DNA of 18,344 nt, from NCBI GenBank assembly GCA_044345405.1, contig JBIJBE010000060.1, positions 1-18,344 on the forward strand. The letters are read 5' to 3'. This document shows, piece by piece, positions 7,470 to 16,522 of this stretch (positions are counted from its first letter, which is position 1; the number at the start of each line of letters is the position of its first letter). The DNA is from Bdellovibrionota bacterium. Lineage in GTDB: Bacteria; Bdellovibrionota_C; UBA2361; OMII01. The position numbers and the translations under genes are program-made. Below the pieces are notes generated by a model. The model was not told where the DNA came from. It did no database searches and saw only the letters and a program-made list of their open reading frames with translations.

Positions 7470-8192
7470 ATGGAGGTGGCACACAATAGGCGCAGGTTTA
7501 TGATCGGCATCAAGAAAAAACTCTCCCTCCTCGACACCCTGATCTCCCTCCCGATCGACCCGGCTGGGATGATGAGACACCTCCTTCGAGAGCGCCGCTA
7601 CCCACCATACTTAGTGCTCGCCCCACTCTCTACTTTTTTCGTGCTCGTTGCCCCTACGCTTTGGTACCAACACTACATGGGATTGCAGTCGACGGTCCCA
7701 GAGATTAACTACTCTATCGCGATGACGGTGGTCTTAACGCTGATATGGTTCAGCCTGCTCATGTCAGTGCTCTTTAAGCTTCTGCTCCTCAACGTAACTC
7801 CCGGTAAGGTTTGGGCTGCGTCTCTGTACTGCTTGGCAAGTTTGATCCCCTTTATGGGGGCATTTTACCTCGGCAACTTCTTCGCCAGTGGGCACCTATC
7901 GATCTTAGGCTACCTCGCGACCGGACAGGCAAAAGGGTCGGATTGGTTTCTTGAGTTTTTTCCAACCTGCGCCAAGGTCGCGCTGTCCTTCTCATTTTAT
8001 CTCTTCGTGAACGCCGTCAGGGCCCTTACGGACGCAAAGTTCGTTTCGGCCTTCTCTATGGCTGTACTTGCCATACCGGTTCTCGTAGGCTCGTTCGTCG
8101 TATCGCTTACGATCTCCGACGTACTCTTCCCAGATACCGGATTTGAGGTGTATCGCTTCTTCACGCACCTTCTCACTTGGGGGCGCCATTAG
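7470..8192 (+). CDS. Hypothetical integral membrane protein (about 5-6 TM, Yip1-like layout)
   Basis: Long ORF with multiple hydrophobic helices. The start is uncertain (7452 TTG, 7470 or 7500 ATG). Confidence 0.75.
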   Translation: MEVAHNRRRFMIGIKKKLSLLDTLISLPIDPAGMMRHLLRERRYPPYLVLAPLSTFFVLVAPTLWYQHYMGLQSTVPEINYSIAMTVVLTLIWFSLLMSVLFKLLLLNVTPGKVWAASLYCLASLIPFMGAFYLGNFFASGHLSILGYLATGQAKGSDWFLEFFPTCAKVALSFSFYLFVNAVRALTDAKFVSAFSMAVLAIPVLVGSFVVSLTISDVLFPDTGFEVYRFFTHLLTWGRH

Positions 8193-8250
8193 AACTTTAA
8201 GGTCCTTGGTAAACCTCTCTTACGTGTGCGTGAAGAGCGGCTACTTTTAT

Positions 8251-9546
8251 CTATAGAGAGCTCACAACAGTTGCGAATCCACGAGGAAGGGCTTGCAACG
8301 TGAACTCAAGCGCCTCTCCCGCATGCGCTGCCGACACGAAGCCCGCCTCAAACGCTGAGGGCGCGAAGTAGACCCCCTGCTCTAACATGGAGTGGAAGAA
8401 TGTATTGAACGATTCTTTCCGGGTTGAAAGGGTATCTCGATACGATCTGACCGGATGATCCGAGAAGAAGAATCCGAACATCGTCCCTACCGAATCAGCT
8501 ACCAAAGGTATACCAGCTTCTCGCGCCGCTTGCTCAAGTCCCTCCACAAGAGCTCCCGTCGTCGCCTGGGCGCTCTCAAAAACGCCGGGCTTACTCCACT
8601 CTCGAAGTGTCGTCATCCCAGCGACCATCGCCAAAGGATTTCCAGAGAGGGTTCCGGCTTGGTAAACCGGCCCAAGAGGAGCCAAGAGCTCCATAATATC
8701 TTTACGACCGCCGAACGCTCCAACGGGAACTCCACCACCGATCACCTTACCCAACATGGTGAGATCAGGCTTCACGTCATAGAGAGCCTGGGCGCCGCCG
8801 AGAGCCACTCGGAATCCCGTCATAACCTCGTCGAAGATGAGGAGCGCGCCGTTTCGCGCGGTGATATCTCTCAAGCCTTGAAGGAAATCCTTGGTTGGCA
8901 CGAGAAGTCCACAGTTTCCGACAACCGGCTCAACGATCACCGCCGCGATGTCGCTACCGCACTCATCGAAAAGACGCTGGACGGATTCCAAGTTGTTGTA
9001 CTCCGCGACAAGGGTATCAGTTACCACTTGAGCCGGCACACCAGCGCATTCAGGTAGTCCGAGGGTCAGGACCCCTGAACCAGCTTTGGCGAGAAGCACA
9101 TCCGCGTGTCCGTGATAGCACCCTTCAAATTTCACGAGCTTTTTACGATTCGTAAATCCACGCGCCAATCGAATAACGGACATTCCCGCCTCGGTTCCTG
9201 AGTTGACGAAGCGCATCAACTCTAACGAGGGGAACAATCCACGAACCACTTCGGCGAGCTCTGACTCAAGTTCGTGACACGCGCCGAAGCTGGTGCCGCG
9301 CGCTGCCTGCGTCGAGATCGCCTCAACCACCGCGGGGTGAGCGTGCCCCAAGACAAGAGGGCCCCAACTGTTGATGTAATCAACGTAACGATTACCATCC
9401 ACATCAAAGAGGTACGGGCCTTGTCCATACTTGACCATGAACGGCTCTCCGCCGACTGAGCGAAAAGCGCGAACGGGAGAGTTGACTCCACCTGGAAAAA
9501 AGCCCTTTGCCCTGGCGAATATCTTTGATGACTCGGTATGGTTCAT
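8251..9546 (-). CDS. hemL: Glutamate-1-semialdehyde 2,1-aminomutase
   Basis: PGGVNSPVRAF, SWGPL, NSGTEA, FEGCYHGH, FDEVMTGFR, PLP Lys in LGKVIGGG, YQAGTLSGNP, APSAFEAGF. Confidence 0.98.
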   Translation of the reverse strand: MNHTESSKIFARAKGFFPGGVNSPVRAFRSVGGEPFMVKYGQGPYLFDVDGNRYVDYINSWGPLVLGHAHPAVVEAISTQAARGTSFGACHELESELAEVVRGLFPSLELMRFVNSGTEAGMSVIRLARGFTNRKKLVKFEGCYHGHADVLLAKAGSGVLTLGLPECAGVPAQVVTDTLVAEYNNLESVQRLFDECGSDIAAVIVEPVVGNCGLLVPTKDFLQGLRDITARNGALLIFDEVMTGFRVALGGAQALYDVKPDLTMLGKVIGGGVPVGAFGGRKDIMELLAPLGPVYQAGTLSGNPLAMVAGMTTLREWSKPGVFESAQATTGALVEGLEQAAREAGIPLVADSVGTMFGFFFSDHPVRSYRDTLSTRKESFNTFFHSMLEQGVYFAPSAFEAGFVSAAHAGEALEFTLQALPRGFATVVSSL

Positions 9547-9575
9547 AACGGAAGCACCTTTAAAAGCGTCGCTGC

Positions 9576-9585
9576 CACTCTAGCA
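9576..9585 (-). promoter_or_regulatory. Putative extended -10 element (TGcTAGAGT) for hemL
   Basis: TGCTAGAGTG on the minus strand about 30 nt upstream of the hemL ATG. It is identical to the element facing lhgO. Confidence 0.4.
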
Positions 9586-9683
9586 CGCGAACGGATCATC
9601 GCAAACACCAGCTCCGAGTTCCCTACCTTTTAAAAAGTGGCGAAAAAGGGGCATTTTTTGGTAATGCCTCCCCTTTCTCCCCT

Positions 9684-9693
9684 TGCTAGAGTG
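9684..9693 (+). promoter_or_regulatory. Putative extended -10 element (TGcTAGAGT) for lhgO, leaderless spacing
   Basis: TG-C-TAGAGT ends at 9692, 6 nt before the ATG at 9699. There is no SD upstream. Confidence 0.45.
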
Positions 9694-9698
9694 TCGCT

Positions 9699-10898
9699 AT
9701 GAAGAGCGACTACGTTATCATCGGTGGGGGACTGGTAGGATTAAGCACCGCATACCAGATACTCAAGGCAAAGCCAGGGGCCTCTCTCTGCGTCCTAGAA
9801 AAAGAGTCGACCGTCGCCTCCCATCAGAGCACCCGGAATTCCGGCGTCATTCACACCGGCATCTACTATAAGCCAGATTCTTATAAAGCGCGCCTCTGCG
9901 TCCAAGGTCGGAGAGCCGTCATAGATTTCGCGCAAGAGCACGGCGTCACCTACTCACTCTGCGGTAAACTCATAGTCGCCACATCAGATGACGAATTGGG
10001 ACGATTACAGAACCTTCACAGCCGCGCCCAAAGTAATGGGGTCGACGTCTCTCTGCTCTCTCCAGCGGAGATCAAGGAGCGAGAGCCGTATGTGACCGGA
10101 GTTGGAGGTCTGTGGGTCCCCAACGCTGGCGTTATCGACTTTGCTGGACTTGCTCAAGCGCTTGTTAAAGAAATAACCCGCCTTGGCGGCGCCGTCATCA
10201 CGGACGCGAAGCTCCGAGCCGCCACACGCACCGGAGCAGGATGGATACTATCCGGCACCTTCGATCTGATTCACGCTGGCTATGTAGTCAACTGCGCGGG
10301 GCTTCACTCTGACAGCGTCGCTCGCAAATTTGGAGACCGAACGGAAGGGCGCATCGTTCCCTTTCGAGGAGAGTACTATGTACTTCGCGAGTCCGCTCGC
10401 AAGCTGTGCAACACACTCATATACCCAGTACCCGATCCCCGTTTTCCCTTTCTTGGAGTGCACTTCACCCGACGCTTCGACGGCTCAGTTGAATGCGGAC
10501 CGAACGCGGTGCTAGCGCTCGCGCGTGAAGGGTATTCATGGCGAGAGATTAACACGCGAGACATACTCCGAATGATCCGGTTCAGTGGATTCCGGCGACT
10601 CATTGGCAAGCACTGGAAGATGGGGCTCGGGGAGATGCACCGGTCACTTTCAAAGGGAGCTTTTGTTCGAGCGCTTCAGAAATTAGTTCCTGAGGTCACC
10701 GCGGCCGATCTTATACCGGGAGGCTCCGGGGTCCGCGCCCAGGTCGTACGCGCGGACGGCTCTCTCGAGGAGGACTTCTCCTTCAAGGAATCACCATTCG
10801 TGACCCATGTGCTCAACGCGCCGTCGCCAGCGGCGACAAGCTGTCTAGCCATCGGTAGCGAAATTACACAGCGGGTTATCGGAGCTACAGTCCGATAA
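9699..10898 (+). CDS. lhgO: L-2-hydroxyglutarate oxidase (FAD-dependent)
   Basis: IIGGGLVG, HQSTRNSGVIH, NCAGL, PFRGEYY, YPVPDPRFPFLGVHFT, GPNAV, GVRAQ, NAPSPAATS. Confidence 0.93.
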   Translation: MKSDYVIIGGGLVGLSTAYQILKAKPGASLCVLEKESTVASHQSTRNSGVIHTGIYYKPDSYKARLCVQGRRAVIDFAQEHGVTYSLCGKLIVATSDDELGRLQNLHSRAQSNGVDVSLLSPAEIKEREPYVTGVGGLWVPNAGVIDFAGLAQALVKEITRLGGAVITDAKLRAATRTGAGWILSGTFDLIHAGYVVNCAGLHSDSVARKFGDRTEGRIVPFRGEYYVLRESARKLCNTLIYPVPDPRFPFLGVHFTRRFDGSVECGPNAVLALAREGYSWREINTRDILRMIRFSGFRRLIGKHWKMGLGEMHRSLSKGAFVRALQKLVPEVTAADLIPGGSGVRAQVVRADGSLEEDFSFKESPFVTHVLNAPSPAATSCLAIGSEITQRVIGATVR

Positions 10899-11012
10899 AG
10901 CACCCGAACAAGCGGCCTCAACCTATTCCCAAAGCGCCCCTTCAACTTGAAATTTTCCCAGTAGTTAAGGAATTTCGAATGTGCGATCGTGGCGAAAACT
11001 ATCGAGCACCCC

Positions 11013-12512
11013 ATGTCACAAAAACGACTCCTTATTTTTATCGTCGCGTACAACGCGGAAAAAAATATTGAGGGCGTCCTCCAACGAATCCCCAAGGATC
11101 TTTTCCAACGCGCCGACCTCCACACTGAGGTACTGGTGATAGACGACAGCTCTTCAGACCATACCTTCACCACCGCTCTAAAACATGAGAGCGCCGGTAA
11201 CATACCGGTTCGAGTGCTCGTTAATCCCAAAAACCTAGGATACGGAGGAAATCAGAAGCTCGGCTACCACTACGCGCTCCTTCACAACTTCGATTACGTG
11301 GCGCTTCTTCACGGCGACGGGCAATACGCTCCTGAACGGCTACCCGAACTGCTCACTCCGCTGTTTTCCGGTGAGAGCGACGCGGTGTTCGGTTCTCGAA
11401 TGCTGAATCGACCGGACGCGTTACGGGGCGGGATGCCGATGTACAAGTTTGTGGGAAATATTATCCTGACCACACTTCAAAACTTTTTGACCGGCGCACA
11501 GCTCTCTGAGTGGCACAGTGGATACCGAATCTATTCGACATCAATTTTAAGAAAAATCCCGTTTGGTCGGAATTCTAACAATTTCGATTTTGATACCGAC
11601 ATTATTATCCAACTCCTCCGCGCTAACGCTCGTATCCGAGAGATTCCTATCCCCACCTACTATGGCGATGAGATCTGTCATGTAAACGGGATTCCCTACG
11701 GTTGTCGCATCCTTCTCTCATGCCTCCAAAATCGCCTGCAGTCCCTCGGACTTTTTTACAACCCAAAGTTCGACGTAGAGACCGATTGCTTAGCTCATTA
11801 CCAACCAAAATTTCACTTTTCCTCCTCTCATTCAAAGGCGGTGTCATGGGTAAAGCCCGGGGAAAAAGTTCTCATTCTTGGGGCCGGCTCCCCGGAACTG
11901 GTCGCTCCCTTCGTACAGAAGGGGTGCGAAATAGTGGCGATTGAGCTTGAAAGTACCGAGGAGCTTGAACGGGAGTGCCACAAAACGATTCAGGGTGACT
12001 TAGATACGCTCGATCTGCAGGAAGCTCTCTCTGGGATGCGATTCGATAAGGTGCTCGCCCTCGATGTGATCGAGCACCTCAAATCTCCCGAGACCTTTCT
12101 GGAAAGGCTTCGCGGTGTTTTAGGGTGCAAAGACGCGGAGTTCCTGTTCACAGTTCCAAATGTAGCGTTTCTCCCCGTTCGCCTGATGCTACTTCTGGGA
12201 TTCTTCAATTACGGCAAACGGGGAATCCTCGACCGCACGCACACCCGGCTATTTACCCTCTCCTCGATGACCCGAGCTCTGCAACAATCCGGGTTTCAGG
12301 TGATTCGCAAAGAGGGCATCCCCGCGCCCTTTCCGCTCGCCCTATCCGGAGCGCCTCGACTCGCTCAGCTCCTTACGTCACTCAATATCGTGGCAATCTG
12401 GCTATCGCGAGGCTTATTTTCGTTCCAGATTCTGTGTCAAGCGAGCCCCCTTCCTCGAGTAGAGGAACTCCTGGTAGCTACCGAGAAACACTCACGAGAG
12501 GTACGTTCGTGA
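11013..12512 (+). CDS. Bifunctional GT2 (polyprenol-phosphate glycosyltransferase-like) / class I SAM-methyltransferase-like protein
   Basis: N-terminal domain: AYNAE, IDDSSSD, NLGYGGNQK, HGDGQY, FGSR, SGYR, FDFD, IPTYYGDE. C-terminal domain: LGAGS, FDKVLALDVIEHL, VPN, GILDRTH. Alternative start GTG 10989. Confidence 0.9.
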   Translation: MSQKRLLIFIVAYNAEKNIEGVLQRIPKDLFQRADLHTEVLVIDDSSSDHTFTTALKHESAGNIPVRVLVNPKNLGYGGNQKLGYHYALLHNFDYVALLHGDGQYAPERLPELLTPLFSGESDAVFGSRMLNRPDALRGGMPMYKFVGNIILTTLQNFLTGAQLSEWHSGYRIYSTSILRKIPFGRNSNNFDFDTDIIIQLLRANARIREIPIPTYYGDEICHVNGIPYGCRILLSCLQNRLQSLGLFYNPKFDVETDCLAHYQPKFHFSSSHSKAVSWVKPGEKVLILGAGSPELVAPFVQKGCEIVAIELESTEELERECHKTIQGDLDTLDLQEALSGMRFDKVLALDVIEHLKSPETFLERLRGVLGCKDAEFLFTVPNVAFLPVRLMLLLGFFNYGKRGILDRTHTRLFTLSSMTRALQQSGFQVIRKEGIPAPFPLALSGAPRLAQLLTSLNIVAIWLSRGLFSFQILCQASPLPRVEELLVATEKHSREVRS

Positions 12513-14029
12513 AGGAACGGCTCTCATCTATCCGACGACACCTTCGAGAAACCCCTGAAATCCTTACCCTGGTCATAGGAGTTGGAATCCTCCTTGTACG
12601 GAGCCTCCTCCATCTCACAAACAGCCTTTGGCTGGATGAGACTATTACCGCCTGGGTCGTCAAAGACGGTCTTCGCGAACTTGTAGATCGGTCGACGGAG
12701 TACCAGGGACAAAGCCCCTTCTACTTTCTTGGTCCGTGGCTCATCACAAAGGCGCTCGGATTTCATGAATGGACACTTCGGCTTCCCTCTCTTCTGAGCA
12801 ACCTTGTCACGGTAGCGGCCCTCTACCAACTCTTTCGGGAACTCGCCGGCAGAGCCGTCGGCAGCTACGGTGCGGCGATGTTCGCTATCATCGCTTCATG
12901 TAGCCCACAACTGCAATCCGCCCGTCCCTACGCGCTCGCTGTCTGCTGCTTCTCGTTATCCTTGTTGTTTTTGACGCGTTGGGCGCTCACCGCGAGATGG
13001 ACCATGATGCTCGGTTTCGCCCTCTCAACCTCCGCGGTTCTCTACGCGCACTACCTCTTCGCCTTAGGATTTCCCCTGTTCGCCGCGGTTCTCGTATTTC
13101 TCGGCAAACGCTCTCTCCTACGAGGTAAGAACCTACTGGCAGCGGCTGTCGTGTCAGGATTCTTCGCTCTACCCTCAGCATGGCAATTGAGCCTGTTGGT
13201 GTCTAAAACCTCTCTCTACTCATTTTCTAGGGACCCCACTTTTTCCCTTTGGACACGAAACATCTCCCTCGACTGGTCGACCATATCTCTCGTTCTGGTA
13301 ATATCCCTCTTGTGGCTTACCAAGCGAGACCTTCGAGCTCATGATTCTCGAATTTATGAGTCGACCTTACTCTTGGCGATCTGCCTCTGGGTCTACCCAA
13401 GTATCGCCCTCGCTGCAGCCTCCATCGGTTCGAATACTCCGGTGTTCGTTCAAAGATACGGCTTGTACAGCGTCGTCGGAGAAAGTCTTATTCAAGGCGT
13501 CCTGCTCTGCTTAATCGGTTCCGAGACGGCACGAAGGCTCGTTTTTCTGATAGCCTCAGGGCTGGCGGTACTCTGTTCCCCGGCTGATCAGTTTTTCGAG
13601 GAGGATTGGAGATCGGCGTTACGTGATATTCCACAGGCGCCAACCGAATCGAGCGTCGCGCTTCTCTGGACCGGATTAATCGAGACAAAGGATCCGACCT
13701 GGGCTCTAGCTTCTCAGCATCGGGACTATTTACTTGCTCCCACTCGCATCTATCCGCTCAGGATCGAAACAGGGCTTATACCGCTAGCTCTTACCAAATT
13801 CCCTCCTGAATCCGTGTTCTCCGAGAAGGACCGGTCGGTCATTGGTTCGGCCAGGCGAATCTTCCTTATCATTAGAAACAATTCGCCGTTCGTACTCCGA
13901 TTCGATGAAGATACTACTGTTATCCGGATACCATGGATAACCCCCAACCAAGCTCTTCGAATACGATCGTCAAAATCGTACCTCGGAATCTCAGTGATTG
14001 AGCTTGAACGAATGGAGCCACACCAGTGA
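12509..14029 (+). CDS. GT-C membrane glycosyltransferase (GT39/ArnT-like)
   Basis: GTG at 12509 overlaps the upstream TGA (GTGA), with GAGAGG upstream. Motifs SLWLDE, QSPFYF, LRLPSLL, ARPYAL, LYAHY, RY, EDWR; many TM helices. The track's start at 12125 lies inside the upstream gene. Confidence 0.87.
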   Translation: MKERLSSIRRHLRETPEILTLVIGVGILLVRSLLHLTNSLWLDETITAWVVKDGLRELVDRSTEYQGQSPFYFLGPWLITKALGFHEWTLRLPSLLSNLVTVAALYQLFRELAGRAVGSYGAAMFAIIASCSPQLQSARPYALAVCCFSLSLLFLTRWALTARWTMMLGFALSTSAVLYAHYLFALGFPLFAAVLVFLGKRSLLRGKNLLAAAVVSGFFALPSAWQLSLLVSKTSLYSFSRDPTFSLWTRNISLDWSTISLVLVISLLWLTKRDLRAHDSRIYESTLLLAICLWVYPSIALAAASIGSNTPVFVQRYGLYSVVGESLIQGVLLCLIGSETARRLVFLIASGLAVLCSPADQFFEEDWRSALRDIPQAPTESSVALLWTGLIETKDPTWALASQHRDYLLAPTRIYPLRIETGLIPLALTKFPPESVFSEKDRSVIGSARRIFLIIRNNSPFVLRFDEDTTVIRIPWITPNQALRIRSSKSYLGISVIELERMEPHQ

Positions 14030-14122
14030 ATTCAAGCGCGACACTTACGGGTTCAAGGGACGCTCACGCGACTATCCCACTTCCGCGGGATGCGCATGCC
14101 GCTGCGATTCGTTAGCTCTTTC

Positions 14123-15013
14123 CTAAAGAAAGAGCTTCTCAATCGCTAAACCAACTCCACCATCATCCACACTGGTGGTGACAAAGCGAGCGGCTTCCTT
14201 TGCCGCGGACACACCGTTACCAGTTGCCACGCCGAACCCCGCGGCGCGAAGGAAGGCGCAATCTGCCTCCGAATCCCCGAACGTAGCGACCTCTGCCGCT
14301 GCGCAACCGTGTATGAGCAACAGCTCCTGGAAAGCCGCCTCTCGAGTTGCCTTGTGATCCACGATATTCGCGAAGACGATGTCAGGATGCACAGCTCCAT
14401 AACTGTAGGTGACCGAGATCCCCTCGACCTCGCTCAATTCCCCTCGTAGCTTCTCCTCCGCTTTTCCAGCGGTGGTCATCATCACTCCCTTGATGAGAGG
14501 GGTCCTCTCGCCGAGTTCTCGAAGATTGGTAAGCACCGCTGGCTTGCTGCAGTACTGTTGATGAATCACGAGCTCCTCCGTCATTCGGTCAGCGAAGAAA
14601 TCAGACTCGGTGTAGAATTCGATGTGGTAGTCACGCGCGGCGGCGAGAGCAAGGAGCTGTCCAATCGAACGGCTCTCTAGATCAACTCGATAGAACACCT
14701 TACCCGTCGCGAAGTCTTGTATCAGCGAGCCGGCAAAAAACATGGAGGGACCCGCAATCCCTAACTGAGCGCCTACCTCTGTAGTAGCGAAACTAGCGCG
14801 CCCTGTGGCGAATCCGAGCGACACTCCCCGCTCTTTGAGGGCTGCTATCGCCCGCTTGGTTTTGGCGGAGATACCGTGATTATGACCAACAACGGTGCCA
14901 TCGATATCAAAGAGAGCAACCTTAATAGAAAACGGCGCACCAGCGAAACAGATATCGTCAGTGATGTGGAAACGATTACCGTGCGTAAGAGGAGTCAACT
15001 CAACTGTTTTCAT
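14123..15013 (-). CDS. Cof-type HAD-IIB hydrolase
   Basis: Motif I FDIDGT, motif II ATGR, motif IV FGDSEAD, then GNG...K..A...DGVGLAIEK. ATG 15013 chosen; TTG 15019 is possible. Confidence 0.9.
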   Translation of the reverse strand: MKTVELTPLTHGNRFHITDDICFAGAPFSIKVALFDIDGTVVGHNHGISAKTKRAIAALKERGVSLGFATGRASFATTEVGAQLGIAGPSMFFAGSLIQDFATGKVFYRVDLESRSIGQLLALAAARDYHIEFYTESDFFADRMTEELVIHQQYCSKPAVLTNLRELGERTPLIKGVMMTTAGKAEEKLRGELSEVEGISVTYSYGAVHPDIVFANIVDHKATREAAFQELLLIHGCAAAEVATFGDSEADCAFLRAAGFGVATGNGVSAAKEAARFVTTSVDDGGVGLAIEKLFL

Positions 15014-15222
15014 CCTCAAACAATAATACCTTTTTCCACTTGGTGAAACCTCCCTCCGAGGACCTCGGACTTTGTACGTCTAGTGCCGAGTTCGCCTACC
15101 TTTACTTCCTGTTTACATCTTTGACAGCCAAAGCTGGTAATTCATACACGGATTAGCATCCCGGTCTCCAAATTAGCATAGTCGAGGAAACCCACACGGT
15201 GGGCATTTTCAAGGGAGTTATC

Positions 15223-16506
15223 ATGGAGACGAATCCTCAACCGACACCGACACCACGACCAACAAACGCGACGACGATAACCGCGCCATCAATCCCCACA
15301 CTCGCGGAACGAATCGAGGTGTTGCGCCAAGACTTACCTGAACGTTTCGAGCCGTTTTCCGATAAATATTTCTTACGGACCCATGAGGTCTTAAAAACCG
15401 AGGGGATTAACCCATGGGTTCGCGCCCAGGTCTTCATTCGAAAGGGACCCGGTGAGGTCGCTGGCGTCGAGGAGGCTCTGGCGATGTTGGAGAAGTTCTC
15501 CGAACTCAAAGCTCACGGCGGAAAGGTGTACGCCCTTCCAGAGCGTTCTGAGTATCGGCCGAAGGAGACCTTGATGGTGATTGAAGGGCCGATGCAGGAC
15601 ATCATCGCCCTGGAAACCCTCTATCTTGGAGCGCTTTCAGCCGCCACGACCCGTTTGAATGACCAGGTACAAAAGGTCGACCTCACAGCGGCAGAGGCGA
15701 ATATGCGCAAGGTCGTCGAGCTAGCGGGGGGCCGCCCGGTGAGCTACTTCGGAGCCCGTCACTGGAGCTATATCGAGGACCCTGCGATCGCCTACGCTGC
15801 CTATAAAGGGGGAGCCACTAGTTGCTCGACTGACGCCGGGGCCGCGACGTTCGGGCAGGTCGGACAGGGCACCATTCCCCACGCCTTGGAGAATATCTAC
15901 GCCTGGAAGTACGGCAAAGAGAACGCGGTCGTCGAGGCGACCCTCGCCTTCGATCGAGTTATCGACCCGTCGGTCCCACGAATCGCCCTCATCGACTACA
16001 ACAATCGGGAGCTCGATGACTCGGTAGCGGTCGCTGACGCCCTCAAAGGAAAGCTTTACGCGGTTCGAGTCGACACCTGCGGAGAAAATATAGCGCAAGG
16101 AGCCCTCATCTCTCCACGATGCGAAGAGGCAGAGGCGTGGAAAGCGCAGGGGATCCAATTACCCGCAGAGGACTCCCCTGAGGCTCGTTACTGGTACGGC
16201 ACCGGTGTGACCGTCACCGGAGTCTACGCCCTTCGTCGCGCCCTCGATCAGTTCGGCCATAAGGATGTGAAGATCATCCTCACCAGTGGATTCGGAGATC
16301 CCGGGAAGGTCCAAGCCTTCGTGGACGCCGAAAAGACGTTAGGAGTGAAGCTCTTCGACGCGCTCGGGGTTGGAGGGATCTACAAGCCATGCCGCATGGC
16401 GACCATGGATGTCGTAGCGGTCGGAGAGACGGAGGACACCATGACTCCGATCTCTAAGGTGGGACGCCCCTACAATCCAAATCCCCGTTTAACTCGAATG
16501 ATGTAG
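15223..16506 (+). CDS. pncB: Nicotinate phosphoribosyltransferase
   Basis: SDKYF, LETLYLG, FGARH, GTIPHA (phospho-His site), LIDYNN, VRVDT, TSGF, GVG, KVGR. SD AAGGGAG before the ATG at 15223; adjacent to nadE. Confidence 0.88.
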   Translation: METNPQPTPTPRPTNATTITAPSIPTLAERIEVLRQDLPERFEPFSDKYFLRTHEVLKTEGINPWVRAQVFIRKGPGEVAGVEEALAMLEKFSELKAHGGKVYALPERSEYRPKETLMVIEGPMQDIIALETLYLGALSAATTRLNDQVQKVDLTAAEANMRKVVELAGGRPVSYFGARHWSYIEDPAIAYAAYKGGATSCSTDAGAATFGQVGQGTIPHALENIYAWKYGKENAVVEATLAFDRVIDPSVPRIALIDYNNRELDDSVAVADALKGKLYAVRVDTCGENIAQGALISPRCEEAEAWKAQGIQLPAEDSPEARYWYGTGVTVTGVYALRRALDQFGHKDVKIILTSGFGDPGKVQAFVDAEKTLGVKLFDALGVGGIYKPCRMATMDVVAVGETEDTMTPISKVGRPYNPNPRLTRMM

Positions 16507-16522
16507 CCACATGAGAGGACTT

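Noticed and set aside
10876-10898. TTATCGGA-N7-TCCGATAA inverted repeat at the end of lhgO
   Set aside because: It lies inside coding sequence, includes the stop codon and has no U-tract. It could be chance.
1781-10898. Lysine-catabolism cluster (ALDH7 plus lhgO)
   Set aside because: The genes are more than 6 kb apart, on opposite strands and separated by unrelated genes. No other pathway genes are present.
12125-12508. 128-aa N-terminal extension of the GT-C ORF
   Set aside because: It lies wholly inside the GT2-MTase gene in another frame. The GTGA-coupled start at 12509 is more plausible.
15020-15222. NAD riboswitch or NrtR/NiaR site upstream of pncB; ATTAGCAT direct repeat at 15152 and 15172; TTGACA at 15121
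   Set aside because: I could not match a known NAD riboswitch or operator by eye, and there is no well-spaced -10 for the TTGACA. An 8-bp repeat is too weak alone.
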